63,177 nt of DNA, from the IMG/VR virus record IMGVR_UViG_3300037467_002795; one strand, 5' to 3'. This document shows positions 1 to 9,425 of this stretch, in pieces. How positions within the stretch are numbered: position 1 is the first letter of the stretch; each line of letters begins with the position of its first letter. The position numbers and the translations under genes were made by a program. A model generated the notes under the pieces. The model did no database searches. It saw nothing but the letters and a program-made list of their open reading frames with translations, and was not told the origin of the DNA. Origin of the DNA: an uncultured virus (IMG/VR IMGVR_UViG_3300037467_002795) (lineage: Duplodnaviria > Heunggongvirae > Uroviricota > Caudoviricetes).

Positions 1-49
1 CAAAACCTTAATCCATCTACTGTGTCATAGGTGTAACAAAAAGCACTAC

Positions 50-478
50 ATGAAGAAAGGAAACTTCGACAGAGGGAAATCGAAATGCTGCGCCGGTTGC
101 CTTCAGGAATCCGATAGGTCCGGATGCAATTCTGCGACATGGAAAGGCCACGAAGGTATCCCCGGGCAATTTTACACTAGCATCATGCTTAGCGCAGAGG
201 CAAGAAATATCGAATTCAATGTGAGCATCGAATACTTATGGGATTTGTATAAAAGCCAAAACGGCCTATGTGCGATAACTAAAATCCCCATTTATTTCAA
301 TAAGAGAATTAGAGAGCCACGAACCGTCTCCTTGGACAGGATAGACAGCGGCAAAGGGTACATAGAATGGAACGTGCAGTGGGTCCACAAAGTTATTAAC
401 TTGATGAAACTAGATTTTCCTCAAGATTATTTTATTGAATGGTGTCACAAGATAACAGAAGCCAATTCGGGCAAATAA
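50..478 (+). CDS. HNH-like (His-Me finger) homing endonuclease
   Basis: CAIT..SLDRIDSGKGYIEWNVQWVHKVINLMK motif; AT-rich relative to flanks; paralog of 492..1121 and 17856..18959. Confidence 0.8.
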   Translation: MKKGNFDRGKSKCCAGCLQESDRSGCNSATWKGHEGIPGQFYTSIMLSAEARNIEFNVSIEYLWDLYKSQNGLCAITKIPIYFNKRIREPRTVSLDRIDSGKGYIEWNVQWVHKVINLMKLDFPQDYFIEWCHKITEANSGK

Positions 479-491
479 TTCAGGAGGCATT

Positions 492-1121
492 ATGGATTCC
501 GCGAATAACGAATGTCACCGACTTGCTCCGTACAAAATCGGCGAAAGAATCGGAGACCTGGAGGTGCTGGGTGTCACCCCAAAAGAACGAGGCGAAAGAC
601 TCAAGATTCACCTGTTGTGCCATAAATGCAACAAAAAATATTACATAACAAAATCAATGCTTAAAAGAAACAGACAGGGCTGTTGCAAATCGTGCTATAA
701 CTCCTGTGGAAACACGTCGCCCAGATGGAAAGGGTGTGGAGAAATATCGGCCATAAAGCTCATTAATATAAAAAGAAACGCGAGGCTCAGAGGATTCGAA
801 TTTACACTAAACGACGAAGAGATATGGATGTTGTTCGAAAAACAAAATCGTCGGTGTGCCATCTCTGGCGAACCAATCCACTTTGGAAAAGTGCGATACG
901 AAGAGACGACTGCATCCCTTGACCGTATCGATTCATCCAAGGGATACGTGGAGGGAAATGTTCAGTGGATACATAAAGATGTTAACCTTATGAAACTTGA
1001 CTATTCTACAGATGAGTTTTTATACTGGTGCCGCCTGGTGACCGAAGCCAACCCGCGACCAACACCCAAACAAGAAGTGAAAACCGACCCGCCTAAGCCC
1101 GAACCGACAACTGTTGCCTAA
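492..1121 (+). CDS. HNH-like homing endonuclease with N-terminal Cys-rich DNA-binding region
   Basis: CAISG..ASLDRIDSSKGYVEGNVQWIHKDVNLMK; CxxC pairs; AT-rich. Confidence 0.8.
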   Translation: MDSANNECHRLAPYKIGERIGDLEVLGVTPKERGERLKIHLLCHKCNKKYYITKSMLKRNRQGCCKSCYNSCGNTSPRWKGCGEISAIKLINIKRNARLRGFEFTLNDEEIWMLFEKQNRRCAISGEPIHFGKVRYEETTASLDRIDSSKGYVEGNVQWIHKDVNLMKLDYSTDEFLYWCRLVTEANPRPTPKQEVKTDPPKPEPTTVA

Positions 1122-1196
1122 TGGCAACCACCAACAAAAAAAAAGAGGAGGGATGGTCCCTCCTCTCCCGACCAACCATCAAGGTAGGTCGTCTGG

Positions 1197-1550
1197 TCAA
1201 ACCCCGGGTTGTGCTTCGTATAATTCAACCGCCCGCCCGTCCGGGTCCCGAATAATCGCGCAGGGGCCCCACGAAGTCTCTTGGTGGGAACTAATAATTG
1301 GAGTTCCCATACCATCCAACTTGTTCACCACAGTTTCCAGCCCGAGAACCCCAAACCCGAGGCGAGTGTCGTCGGGTGTCCGACCCGACGACGACGGGTA
1401 GAGTTCGAACACGAGGTCACCCATCTCGGCCGCATAATGCAGTGGTCCTGAACCGTGCCGTTCGGCCTTGAACTGGAAACCGAGTATTTCATAAAAAAGT
1501 TTCGCTCTTTCGAGATATTCGCTTCGCAGAACTAGCAATCGCAGCTTCAT
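1197..1550 (-). CDS. Glyoxalase/bleomycin-resistance (VOC) family protein
   Basis: LERAKLFYEILG...ELYP...WG..AIIRDPDGRAVEL pattern typical of the VOC fold. Confidence 0.85.
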   Translation of the reverse strand: MKLRLLVLRSEYLERAKLFYEILGFQFKAERHGSGPLHYAAEMGDLVFELYPSSSGRTPDDTRLGFGVLGLETVVNKLDGMGTPIISSHQETSWGPCAIIRDPDGRAVELYEAQPGV

Positions 1551-2335
1551 TGCGTGCTCACCCAGTCGTCCTCGACCTCAAACATCTCGGTCTCGCCCCC
1601 GTCGCTCTTTTCCGGCAGAGGATTGCCGTCTTCCCCGACCGGATTCTCCTCCACGTCACACAAGTTCCCCTGCCGGTCCACCAACGCCAGGTCCTTGTCC
1701 CGAATCATTTTATGACGAAGCAGGAACTGATTCTCAACAAGATTCCGCTCGTCCGCGTCCGGGTCGTACCCGAAGTACAAGTTCGCGAACTCCTCGGCCG
1801 CCTTCAGGGTGTCCGGGTCCCCGCCGCGGGCCTTGTAGTCCTCGACGTCCTTGAAATAAGCCTTGCCCGTGTCGGCCACCTTGACACACCGGCTGGCCAG
1901 GAAGTTGAACCGGTCCTGATTGGCGAGCCCTTCGGCGGTCAGCGACTTGAGCCGCGTAAAATCGTTCAGGAGGCGGACCCGCTCGACCCGGGCCACCCGC
2001 ATGTCGATGGCGGCTCTGCGAGCATCCGACAACTTCACGCCCTTCTTGCGGACCCGCCCGTTCGCGTCGGGCAGTGTGGCCTCGCCGTCCTCGAGCCGGC
2101 GGTCAATCTCCTCCAGCTGCTTTTGCTTACTATCGTCCCACAGGCCCCGCTTCCGGACCGCGTCCCACAGGGTGGTCTCGAGGAGGATGTCCGGGTCCTT
2201 GGCGTACCGGCCCCAAGCCTTGGCGTACTCGAGGTCCGCTTCCTGCCGGGTCTTCTGGTCCGGGCGGACGGCCACCAGCTGGAGCTTGACCCCGTCCTTC
2301 TCGACCTCGAACTCTCGCTTGTTTTGTGTCGACAC
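1547..2335 (-). CDS. Putative tail assembly chaperone
   Basis: 262 aa ORF downstream of the tail tube gene; call rests on synteny only. Confidence 0.4.
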   Translation of the reverse strand: MSTQNKREFEVEKDGVKLQLVAVRPDQKTRQEADLEYAKAWGRYAKDPDILLETTLWDAVRKRGLWDDSKQKQLEEIDRRLEDGEATLPDANGRVRKKGVKLSDARRAAIDMRVARVERVRLLNDFTRLKSLTAEGLANQDRFNFLASRCVKVADTGKAYFKDVEDYKARGGDPDTLKAAEEFANLYFGYDPDADERNLVENQFLLRHKMIRDKDLALVDRQGNLCDVEENPVGEDGNPLPEKSDGGETEMFEVEDDWVSTQ

Positions 2336-2393
2336 TTTTTCAAAACCCTTATTACAGACTTTGGCTTTCTACACTGATGCGAAGCATCAGATA

Positions 2394-3494
2394 TTACCCG
2401 CCCTTCAAACGCGCCCGCGTCATCGCCGCCAATTGCCCCTGGATGGTCCGCTGACTATCGGGCATGTCGGATTCTTTGACAGAGCCGGCCCGCCATAGAC
2501 AGGCCATCCGCTCGTTCTTCAATGCGGCGGCCTCCGCGGTCATCATTCCCGAAATCTCCTCGCGGTCCTCCTCCGTCAGATGTCCGGTCTCCTCGCCCGG
2601 CCTGGCCCCCACAATGAACACCTCGCCGCTATTGGCAATCTGCTCGTTCTCCAGGGCCGCGTCGGTCCGGGTCAACGTGACCGTCTTCTCCCGCTCTTGT
2701 TTTTTGACCAGCAACCAGCCGTCGAACGCATCATCATCACACACGACATCGTCCGGGGGGCGTTCCGGGTCCTCGTAGCACTGGTCGTACAGGCGGGTCC
2801 AGCTCACGAGGGCCCGCTGGTCGTCACTGAGCTCGGCCGCCGGCCGCCCGAATACGCTCCCCTCGTGGCGACAGGCCCAGATGGTCCGCCAAGGGTCGGT
2901 CCGGGCCGCCTCCCGCAGTTCGGCCTCGGACGGCCTCTGTTGCTGAAACATCCGCACGGCCTGGTCCAGAAGTGGCCCGCAGTCCCGCCAAAAATCCTCG
3001 CGGGGCCAGACGGGTTCCCCCCGGGTCCTCAACAGGCACCGGCCGACCAGATAACGCTGGCGGGCGATGGTCGCGGCCCAGGTCGCGGTCCGGTCGTCGA
3101 AGCGGTGCCGGCGGACCAACAGTTCGCCAATCAGCGTGCGGGTTCGGGCGAGCATCTCGCGGGCGGCGTCCCGCTCCCGTTTCCGGCGGCCGGACTTGTA
3201 GAGGCGAATTTTGAGCTTGTCCAGGTTCCCGCGGGCGGTTTCGAGTTCTTCCTCGTCGGAAGCCGACCAGTGACCTGCGTTGACGAGTAGCCCGAGGACT
3301 TCGTCTTCGCTCAGAAGTCCGTCCAGTTCCGCCTCGCGGAGCGCCTCGTCATAAACCTCGGCGGCCCCGTAGCGGTCGAGCGGGGTCGGGCTGGTCACCC
3401 AGAACGTTTCGCGGCCGGCGTCTGTCGTGAGCACCAGCCGGTCTCGCCCAGCAAGAATCCGGTACACGAGCCGTTCGCGGTCGCGGTCTGTCAT
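2394..3494 (-). CDS. Hypothetical tail-module protein (possible chaperone)
   Basis: 366 aa ORF with high GC3, directly after the tail tube gene. Confidence 0.45.
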   Translation of the reverse strand: MTDRDRERLVYRILAGRDRLVLTTDAGRETFWVTSPTPLDRYGAAEVYDEALREAELDGLLSEDEVLGLLVNAGHWSASDEEELETARGNLDKLKIRLYKSGRRKRERDAAREMLARTRTLIGELLVRRHRFDDRTATWAATIARQRYLVGRCLLRTRGEPVWPREDFWRDCGPLLDQAVRMFQQQRPSEAELREAARTDPWRTIWACRHEGSVFGRPAAELSDDQRALVSWTRLYDQCYEDPERPPDDVVCDDDAFDGWLLVKKQEREKTVTLTRTDAALENEQIANSGEVFIVGARPGEETGHLTEEDREEISGMMTAEAAALKNERMACLWRAGSVKESDMPDSQRTIQGQLAAMTRARLKGG

Positions 3495-3506
3495 GTAAGG
3501 GTATTA

Positions 3507-3588
3507 CCGGCAGGAGAGGGGCAGTTGTCGCAAAGTGAGGTGGGGAGACATGTTGTTATTTAAGAGATGTCTCACTTCCCTGCCGGAA
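3507..3588. repeat. Convergent pair of motif A (CCGGCAGGAGAGGGG ... CTCACTTCCCTGCCGGAA)
   Basis: Seen directly in the gap between the tail tube gene and the next gene. Confidence 0.85.
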
Positions 3589-3701
3589 CTTCGCCTTCGT
3601 CGAAGGGACCACCCGGACAGCTTTGCTGGCCGCAACACGCACGAAGGGCAGGAGCCAAGCCCCCACCCTCCGTTTGTTAATCACGAGTGGCATAGCCAAT
3701 C

Positions 3702-4742
3702 TCAGGCCCGAAGCGCTACGGTCGGGTCGGCGGGGTGACTTACAGTTAGAGTATTCCACCCTTGATAAGAATATGTAATAGTCGCGTTCCCGCCGCCCCG
3801 GCCCGCGTTCCCGCCACTCATGTTGACCGAGGTCAGGCGATTTTGGGTGCCCATGTCGACCTTTGTCCCCTCCTGGGTGGCCACATAAATGTGCTCGTCC
3901 TGGGTGTTCTGGTAGTTCGCGTAGACCCCGGCCTGGGTGGCGGCGACGTGGTCCCCGTCCTTGGCCATGATTTCGATGGCGGTCGTGGTTTCGACCGGGA
4001 AATCCACGTAGCGGAAGTAGGGCCCGAACCGCCCGAGTTCCAGCATGTCGTTCCGGCCGAACGAACTCGAAATCCGGACGCTCTGGATGCCCACGGTGAA
4101 CGACCCGGACCCCGTGTCGTCGTTGGTCCCCGAGCTCGAAATCCCGTAAATGGACTTCGGCCACAGGCACCCCGACATAATCATATTCTGCCGGCGGTTG
4201 ACCCCTTCCGGGGCGGCCGGGGATGGGCTCGACACGCCCATCCCGGCGGTGAACCCCGTGAAGCTGAACGAGCCGGTCGCCCAGACCTTGTCGTTGCCGA
4301 CGAGCGTGACGCTCTCGCGGCTGGCCCCCTGGACCTGGAAGTCGTAGCCCAGCTGCGACACGTACATGCCGCTGCAAATCACCTGCGAGAGCTGGTTCCC
4401 GCTGGCGGTCGCGTTCGTGTCGGCGAACACGCCAATCGCGATGTTGGCCCGCTGGTTCGACCGGCCGACCAGAGTTCCCGCGGTCGCGCCCTGGGTGCAA
4501 CTGTGCCAGATGAGCGGGTAGCCGTCCAGGCACTTCTCGAGGGTCACACTGATATCGGGTACGCCGTCAACATTCTGGTATACGGCTAGCTGACCGAGTT
4601 CGAAGAATTGTTCAGGATTAAAAGAGGTATTAATCCCGACACTCTGAACACCTCTTAAAGTCGTGTAAGAGGTCGGCGACAGGTCGTAGGAAGCAACCCC
4701 CACAGACTCAGCCGCATAATAGACTCTGTGATTCAAAGACAT
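3702..4742 (-). CDS. Putative major tail (tube) protein
   Basis: 346 aa, Gly/Ser/Thr-rich beta-type sequence with an internal repeat (GVQSVGINTSF..ELGQ / GIQSVRISSSF..ELGR); follows the neck genes. Confidence 0.65.
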   Translation of the reverse strand: MSLNHRVYYAAESVGVASYDLSPTSYTTLRGVQSVGINTSFNPEQFFELGQLAVYQNVDGVPDISVTLEKCLDGYPLIWHSCTQGATAGTLVGRSNQRANIAIGVFADTNATASGNQLSQVICSGMYVSQLGYDFQVQGASRESVTLVGNDKVWATGSFSFTGFTAGMGVSSPSPAAPEGVNRRQNMIMSGCLWPKSIYGISSSGTNDDTGSGSFTVGIQSVRISSSFGRNDMLELGRFGPYFRYVDFPVETTTAIEIMAKDGDHVAATQAGVYANYQNTQDEHIYVATQEGTKVDMGTQNRLTSVNMSGGNAGRGGGNATITYSYQGWNTLTVSHPADPTVALRA

Positions 4743-4802
4743 ATACTAATACCGCCTGTTTGTCTGGGGTAGTCTCTTCACCACTCCCATACACCAAGGC
4801 GG

Positions 4803-5741
4803 TCAAGCACCATCAACTTCCAGCGTCAACCTCACGGTCGACCACCACACTTTTCGGCCAATATTCTCATTGTCGTGCGACGTGACTTCGGGCACGCGGA
4901 TTTGCAGCCAGGGGTAGGTCTGGCACAACTGAGGATAGGTCAAAGCGGAGGGGGTCGGCCGCCCGTACGGGTCGAGCGGGAGCGGGGCCGCATTGCGGTC
5001 GAACGACGGAATCCGCTTGTCCCGCTGTTTGACCAGCATCGCGCTCAGCCGCTTGCGGTCCCACGGGGTCTCGGCGAGCACGTGGACCAAAAAATTCTCA
5101 CTGTAAATCTGGGCCTCGTTCCCGAGCTCGTACGGGTAGCCGGTCCCGTTCAGCACAGGTTCGACCACCAGACACGGCAACTGAATGCGGTTCTGGGCCG
5201 GGACCGCCCAGGCCCCCGACGAGTTCGGCCCCCACTGCGGGTCGTCGGTCCGGAGGGAGCCCGCCAACAGGGACTGAAACCACGGCTCGTCCGACCGGCG
5301 GACGCTCACGAACCGCGGGCTGTACGCGGCCTGGATGACGGTCCCGGTCGGCACGGCATTTTGGAAAAAGACCTGCCCCAGCGGGTAGTTCACGTAGTGG
5401 GCGTACGTGCCGGTTGTGGACGAGGTCGGGTAAAACGTGCCGGACACCCACAGGCCACTGCACTGAATGGGCTGAGTCGTGCGGAGGATGCCGCTCTCCC
5501 AGCACCAGTCGCCGCGGTGGGCTTGCCAGACGGTTCCGGCAGGAAAGCGAGGGTCGGCGGCCGGCTGGAGACGCGACCGGTCGCCCCCGTACGCCCCGGG
5601 CTGGCCGACGCCCACGTTCTCGTAGGCCCCGACTTCCAGAAGTGCCCAGTTGAGCCACGCCGTTAAATTGCCCTCCAGTTGTTCGGTGGGCAAATAGGAC
5701 CCGTACTCGCCGATGCCGCCCTTGAACCCGTAATCGCTCAT
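4803..5741 (-). CDS. Putative tail completion/terminator protein
   Basis: Start MSDYGFKGG overlaps the upstream stop; synteny. Confidence 0.45.
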   Translation of the reverse strand: MSDYGFKGGIGEYGSYLPTEQLEGNLTAWLNWALLEVGAYENVGVGQPGAYGGDRSRLQPAADPRFPAGTVWQAHRGDWCWESGILRTTQPIQCSGLWVSGTFYPTSSTTGTYAHYVNYPLGQVFFQNAVPTGTVIQAAYSPRFVSVRRSDEPWFQSLLAGSLRTDDPQWGPNSSGAWAVPAQNRIQLPCLVVEPVLNGTGYPYELGNEAQIYSENFLVHVLAETPWDRKRLSAMLVKQRDKRIPSFDRNAAPLPLDPYGRPTPSALTYPQLCQTYPWLQIRVPEVTSHDNENIGRKVWWSTVRLTLEVDGA

Positions 5742-6400
5742 AACAACTTGCGGGCCTCCCGCTCGAGGAACTGGAGCAGGCGGGGGGCGGCCAGTTCGGC
5801 GGCCCGGGTCAGCCAGTTCGACCGGGCGGTTCCGGCGTACGCGGGCGGGACCCGGAACGGGGCGAGTTTTCCGCCGGCCTTGCGTTTGGCCATAATCAGT
5901 CGGCCGGTCCGGCTGTACGAGGGGTCGGCCCCGCTGAACAGCCCGTACTCGGTCAGCACGACGGTGTCCCCGGCGAACAACAACCACTTGAGCCACTCGA
6001 CGGGCGACGACTGGCCCTTGGCGTTCGTCGACAGGTAATACGCCCCTTCGGCCCCCAGAGCGTCCCCGAAGTCCTCGCGGATGGCCCCGGCCCACACCCC
6101 ACCTAGATACTCTCCTGCCGGAGGAATCACTTCGACGCGGGCGGCGGCCTGAATGGCTCGGACAATTGAGGCGACAGCCTCCTTCCCGTCGACCACGCCG
6201 AACTCTTCCCGGAGCTGGCCGGCGACGAGCGAGCTGTACTCGGGGGTGGCGTGCAGGGCTTCGGCAACGGTCTCGCGGACTTCCGGCAGGAGAGTGTCAG
6301 CCAGGGCCCTCAATTTGGGCACGGCCTGCCGCTGGAGCTCAACCAGAATCTGACCGGGGAGGCGGGCGAGGTCGGCGTCGACCGTGACGGTGATGGCCAT
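5738..6400 (-). CDS. Putative neck/tail-completion protein
   Basis: Start MAITVTV coupled to the upstream stop; synteny. Confidence 0.45.
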   Translation of the reverse strand: MAITVTVDADLARLPGQILVELQRQAVPKLRALADTLLPEVRETVAEALHATPEYSSLVAGQLREEFGVVDGKEAVASIVRAIQAAARVEVIPPAGEYLGGVWAGAIREDFGDALGAEGAYYLSTNAKGQSSPVEWLKWLLFAGDTVVLTEYGLFSGADPSYSRTGRLIMAKRKAGGKLAPFRVPPAYAGTARSNWLTRAAELAAPRLLQFLEREARKLL

Positions 6401-6891
6401 CAGGGGGCCCGCTTCCACTGTAAAACGACGAACACACCCTGGACGATGTTCGACACGTCCACGGGGTCGTCGTCCCGGACGTACATCCACCGGGCGACCG
6501 CGTCGAGCTCGGGCTGTAACTGCATCCGTTCGGCGGCCCGTAACTTGGGCAGGTCCGTCAAGTACCCCTTGGTCTGGATGGTGCCGTCGGGAATCTGGAT
6601 GTTGGGCGGCGGCTTCTTCCAGAAGTCCTTGGGGTGGACGGCCACGCCCATCTTGAGCGTCTCACTGACCTCTTTCGCCCGGAACCCGCTCCCCCCGCAC
6701 AGTGGACAGGTCGTCACGTCCCCGGGCGGGGCCGGGCCGCCGGTCAGCCAGACGTTCCCTGCACACCCGCACGTCTCCTGGGTCGGCGGGTAAAACAACT
6801 TGCAGTTCTTGCCTAGCTCGGTAATCAGGTCCTCCAGGGCCTGCTGGGTGACCGATTTGATGGCCGGGGTGAGAGTGAAGAGCGTACCCAT
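6400..6891 (-). CDS. Putative head-closure protein with CxxC motif
   Basis: CPLCGGSG motif; position after the adaptor gene. Confidence 0.45.
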   Translation of the reverse strand: MGTLFTLTPAIKSVTQQALEDLITELGKNCKLFYPPTQETCGCAGNVWLTGGPAPPGDVTTCPLCGGSGFRAKEVSETLKMGVAVHPKDFWKKPPPNIQIPDGTIQTKGYLTDLPKLRAAERMQLQPELDAVARWMYVRDDDPVDVSNIVQGVFVVLQWKRAP

Positions 6892-6909
6892 GACTCACGA
6901 GGCTCGTCG

Positions 6910-7143
6910 TCAAGAGGTCGCCGGGCCACCGGGCCGTTCCCACCCGTCCGTCCCGCCGGCCTTGAATCGCCCGTCGAGGGTCGTGCCGAGCCCAGGGTCG
7001 GTCATCCCATCCACCGCGGGCGGAATCTTGTCCACCTCGGTGGTCAGGATGGCGTTCGAGGTCGTAAACCCTTCTGGCGACAGAATGGTCGCCCGGACCT
7101 GGTCAATCGTTTTCTTGGAGTCGTCGTGGTAGTAGATTGGCAT
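6910..7143 (-). CDS. Hypothetical protein
   Basis: MPIYYHDD... fills the operon gap. Confidence 0.55.
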   Translation of the reverse strand: MPIYYHDDSKKTIDQVRATILSPEGFTTSNAILTTEVDKIPPAVDGMTDPGLGTTLDGRFKAGGTDGWERPGGPATS

Positions 7144-7157
7144 TTGTCCCACCCGCG

Positions 7158-7682
7158 TTAGCGGGTGCCCCACCTATAAATCCCGGCCGTCCCGAACGGC
7201 ATGTCGGTCCCGTACCCGCTGAACAGCCGGAACGGGCTGACCACCGCGGCCCCGGTCTGGACCCCCCGCTGGCTGACCAAGTACTGTTCCCGCATGTCCT
7301 GGTAGACCGCGTTCCACCCCTTCAGCATCAAATCGAGTTTGGCGGTGAAGGCGGCCCGCAGGTCGACCTCGCTCGCCCCGTCGCGGACCCGGATGGCCTG
7401 GTCGGCGGCGGCGGTCGCACTCCCCCGGTCGATAATCCCGGCCGTCTTGACCGTGACCAGGTCCACGAAATTGTCGTCGGGCTGGGCCAGTAGCGTGGGG
7501 TCCGGGTCAATCGTCTGGCCGACCACATCGACCGTGAAGGCGGTCGGAAAATCCACGTCGAAAATGACGAGCCGGGCCCCCACGCACAGGGCCTGGGTCA
7601 GGTCGTCGTTGCTGTACTTGGTGGACGCGCGGTCGCTCACGTACCACCGCAGCATCGGAATCATCACGTCGGTCCATGCCAC
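7158..7682 (-). CDS. Putative head-tail adaptor
   Basis: LRWYVSD..KYSNDDL pattern; immediately after the capsid gene. Confidence 0.55.
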   Translation of the reverse strand: MAWTDVMIPMLRWYVSDRASTKYSNDDLTQALCVGARLVIFDVDFPTAFTVDVVGQTIDPDPTLLAQPDDNFVDLVTVKTAGIIDRGSATAAADQAIRVRDGASEVDLRAAFTAKLDLMLKGWNAVYQDMREQYLVSQRGVQTGAAVVSPFRLFSGYGTDMPFGTAGIYRWGTR

Positions 7683-7787
7683 GGTCAGCGGGCCTCCCCC
7701 GGCGTCCCCAGCAACACAATCAGTACGAACATGGTGGCTCTCCTGCCGGACTCATACACCACACTCGCTCTGCTCGTGTGGGCGGCA

Positions 7788-7823
7788 CAAAACGAAGGGG
7801 CCGGGCGTTTCGTGCCCGGCCCC
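7788..7823 (-). terminator. Intrinsic terminator after the major capsid gene
   Basis: GGGGCCGGGC/GCCCGGCCCC stem followed by TTCGTTTT on the minus strand. Confidence 0.75.
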
Positions 7824-7850
7824 ACGAGGCGACATTCTAATTTATGTCTG

Positions 7851-8885
7851 TTAGATGGCCCCGACGAGCACTCTCCGCCCGTCACAACACAACCAGCCGT
7901 TTTCTCCGTACAGATAATACGACTGTCGCCGCTGCCGCTTGAACCCCTCGTCTTCCTCAACCGTCGGCTCCTGCCGGACCGGGTTCATGAACACCCCGTC
8001 GTGGGAGAGGTCGAGCCCGACAACCAGTTCGAGCTTGGTCTGGGACGAGTTATCGCCCGTGTAGGTGTAGGTCGGAAGGCTTCCACCCAGGGTGTTCAGG
8101 TAATACTGCTGGAACTCCTGTCCGAGCCCGAGTTCGTCCAGGGACCGAATCTCGGTCCCGAAAACCTTCATCCGGTCGAGGTCCTCGGCGTCGTAGATGT
8201 CCCGCCGGGTCCACGGGTCGAGGGTCTCGACGCCCCACGACCGAATGTCGCCCATCGCCTCGGGGCTGGTGTACAGCCGGTCGAGCCGCCCGCGGTTGAC
8301 GCTCGTGCTGTTCCCCCCGGCCTGCCGCCGCATGATAATCTTCATGAGCTCGACCTGCCGCTTGGTGAAATACCCGGGCTTGGCGGCGTCGTCGTACACG
8401 GTCAGGAACCGGTTGTAGCCGGCGGCCAGGAGCACCCGCCAGGCATCGCTGTTCTTCTTGCGGGTGACCCCGCCCTCGAGCACCTCGAGGGCTCGCCCGA
8501 CGATATTCCAACGGGCGTCGCGAGCGTACTTGGTGGCGAAGTCGATGCTCGAGCCGTACTCGTAGGTCGGGACCACAATGTAGTCGCCGTCCACGTGCCG
8601 CTCGGGAATCCGCCCCTGGGCCGGGACCGTGTAGGCGACGTGGTCGACTTCGGTCCCAGGAGTGAGGAAATCCAGCGGATATTCGGCCGAGACGCCGGGT
8701 TGGAGCTTTTCCTCTTCGAAAACGTCGGACGAGATGTCGCCCTTGAGCACGCCCTGCCTCAGGACAGGTGTGAGGGCCCTGGCCAGTTCGTACCGGCCTT
8801 GGGCGGCGACGGCCCGGTCGTCGCTCCCCGCCCGCTTTAAAAGGGCAGTCATCAGCGGGCCGGGTTCGCTCGAAAAACGAGCCAT
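7851..8885 (-). CDS. Major capsid protein (HK97-like fold)
   Basis: 344 aa, very high GC3, AGGAG RBS, followed by a terminator; position after the scaffold and decoration genes. Confidence 0.75.
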   Translation of the reverse strand: MARFSSEPGPLMTALLKRAGSDDRAVAAQGRYELARALTPVLRQGVLKGDISSDVFEEEKLQPGVSAEYPLDFLTPGTEVDHVAYTVPAQGRIPERHVDGDYIVVPTYEYGSSIDFATKYARDARWNIVGRALEVLEGGVTRKKNSDAWRVLLAAGYNRFLTVYDDAAKPGYFTKRQVELMKIIMRRQAGGNSTSVNRGRLDRLYTSPEAMGDIRSWGVETLDPWTRRDIYDAEDLDRMKVFGTEIRSLDELGLGQEFQQYYLNTLGGSLPTYTYTGDNSSQTKLELVVGLDLSHDGVFMNPVRQEPTVEEDEGFKRQRRQSYYLYGENGWLCCDGRRVLVGAI

Positions 8886-8943
8886 GTTACCAAAACTCCT
8901 CTTATATGAAGTCAGTTTAATTCGTTAGTGTGGACCGCAGGCC

Positions 8944-9411
8944 TCACGGCACCTTGATAGTCACAATGGCGAACCCGTCGGTCCCCTTGCCGGTCTGGAA
9001 GTACCCGATGGCCGGGATGCTGTTGACCTGCGAGTTCTGAATCTGGCCGTTGCTGCCGAGGTACGCGGTGTCGCCGGCCGTCGGGGTCCCGCTCACCTGA
9101 TTGGTCCGGACCCACCCGTCCTTGAGAATCGCCACGTTCTCGCCAACGAGCTGTTCGGTCCGCTGGAAGTTCCGGTGCTGGCGGGTCGGGTCGATGTTGA
9201 CCACGTAATCCATCAGGATGCCCAGCACGCGGGTGCCCGAGGCCGGGGTGCCCGAGCCCGGGGCGGCCACGGGGGCCGTGTCGTTGATGCCGGGGCTGAC
9301 CCCGCGGCCCCCCGACTGCGACGGGAGGACCATCACGACCCCCTGCTCCGCCGCAACATTGCAGATGTGTCGGATGTCGGTGATGTAAACGGCGCGGTCG
9401 CCCTTGAGCAC
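8944..9411 (-). CDS. Putative capsid decoration/cement protein
   Basis: 155 aa; GWVRTNQVSGTPTAGDTAYLG pattern; lies between scaffold and capsid. Confidence 0.6.
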   Translation of the reverse strand: MLKGDRAVYITDIRHICNVAAEQGVVMVLPSQSGGRGVSPGINDTAPVAAPGSGTPASGTRVLGILMDYVVNIDPTRQHRNFQRTEQLVGENVAILKDGWVRTNQVSGTPTAGDTAYLGSNGQIQNSQVNSIPAIGYFQTGKGTDGFAIVTIKVP

Positions 9412-9425
9412 GGTCAGTCTCCCTA

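Noticed and set aside
2330..2400. Programmed frameshift between putative tail chaperones
   Set aside because: The upstream ORF ends at 2394 with no clear slippery heptamer before its stop, and the next ORF has its own start
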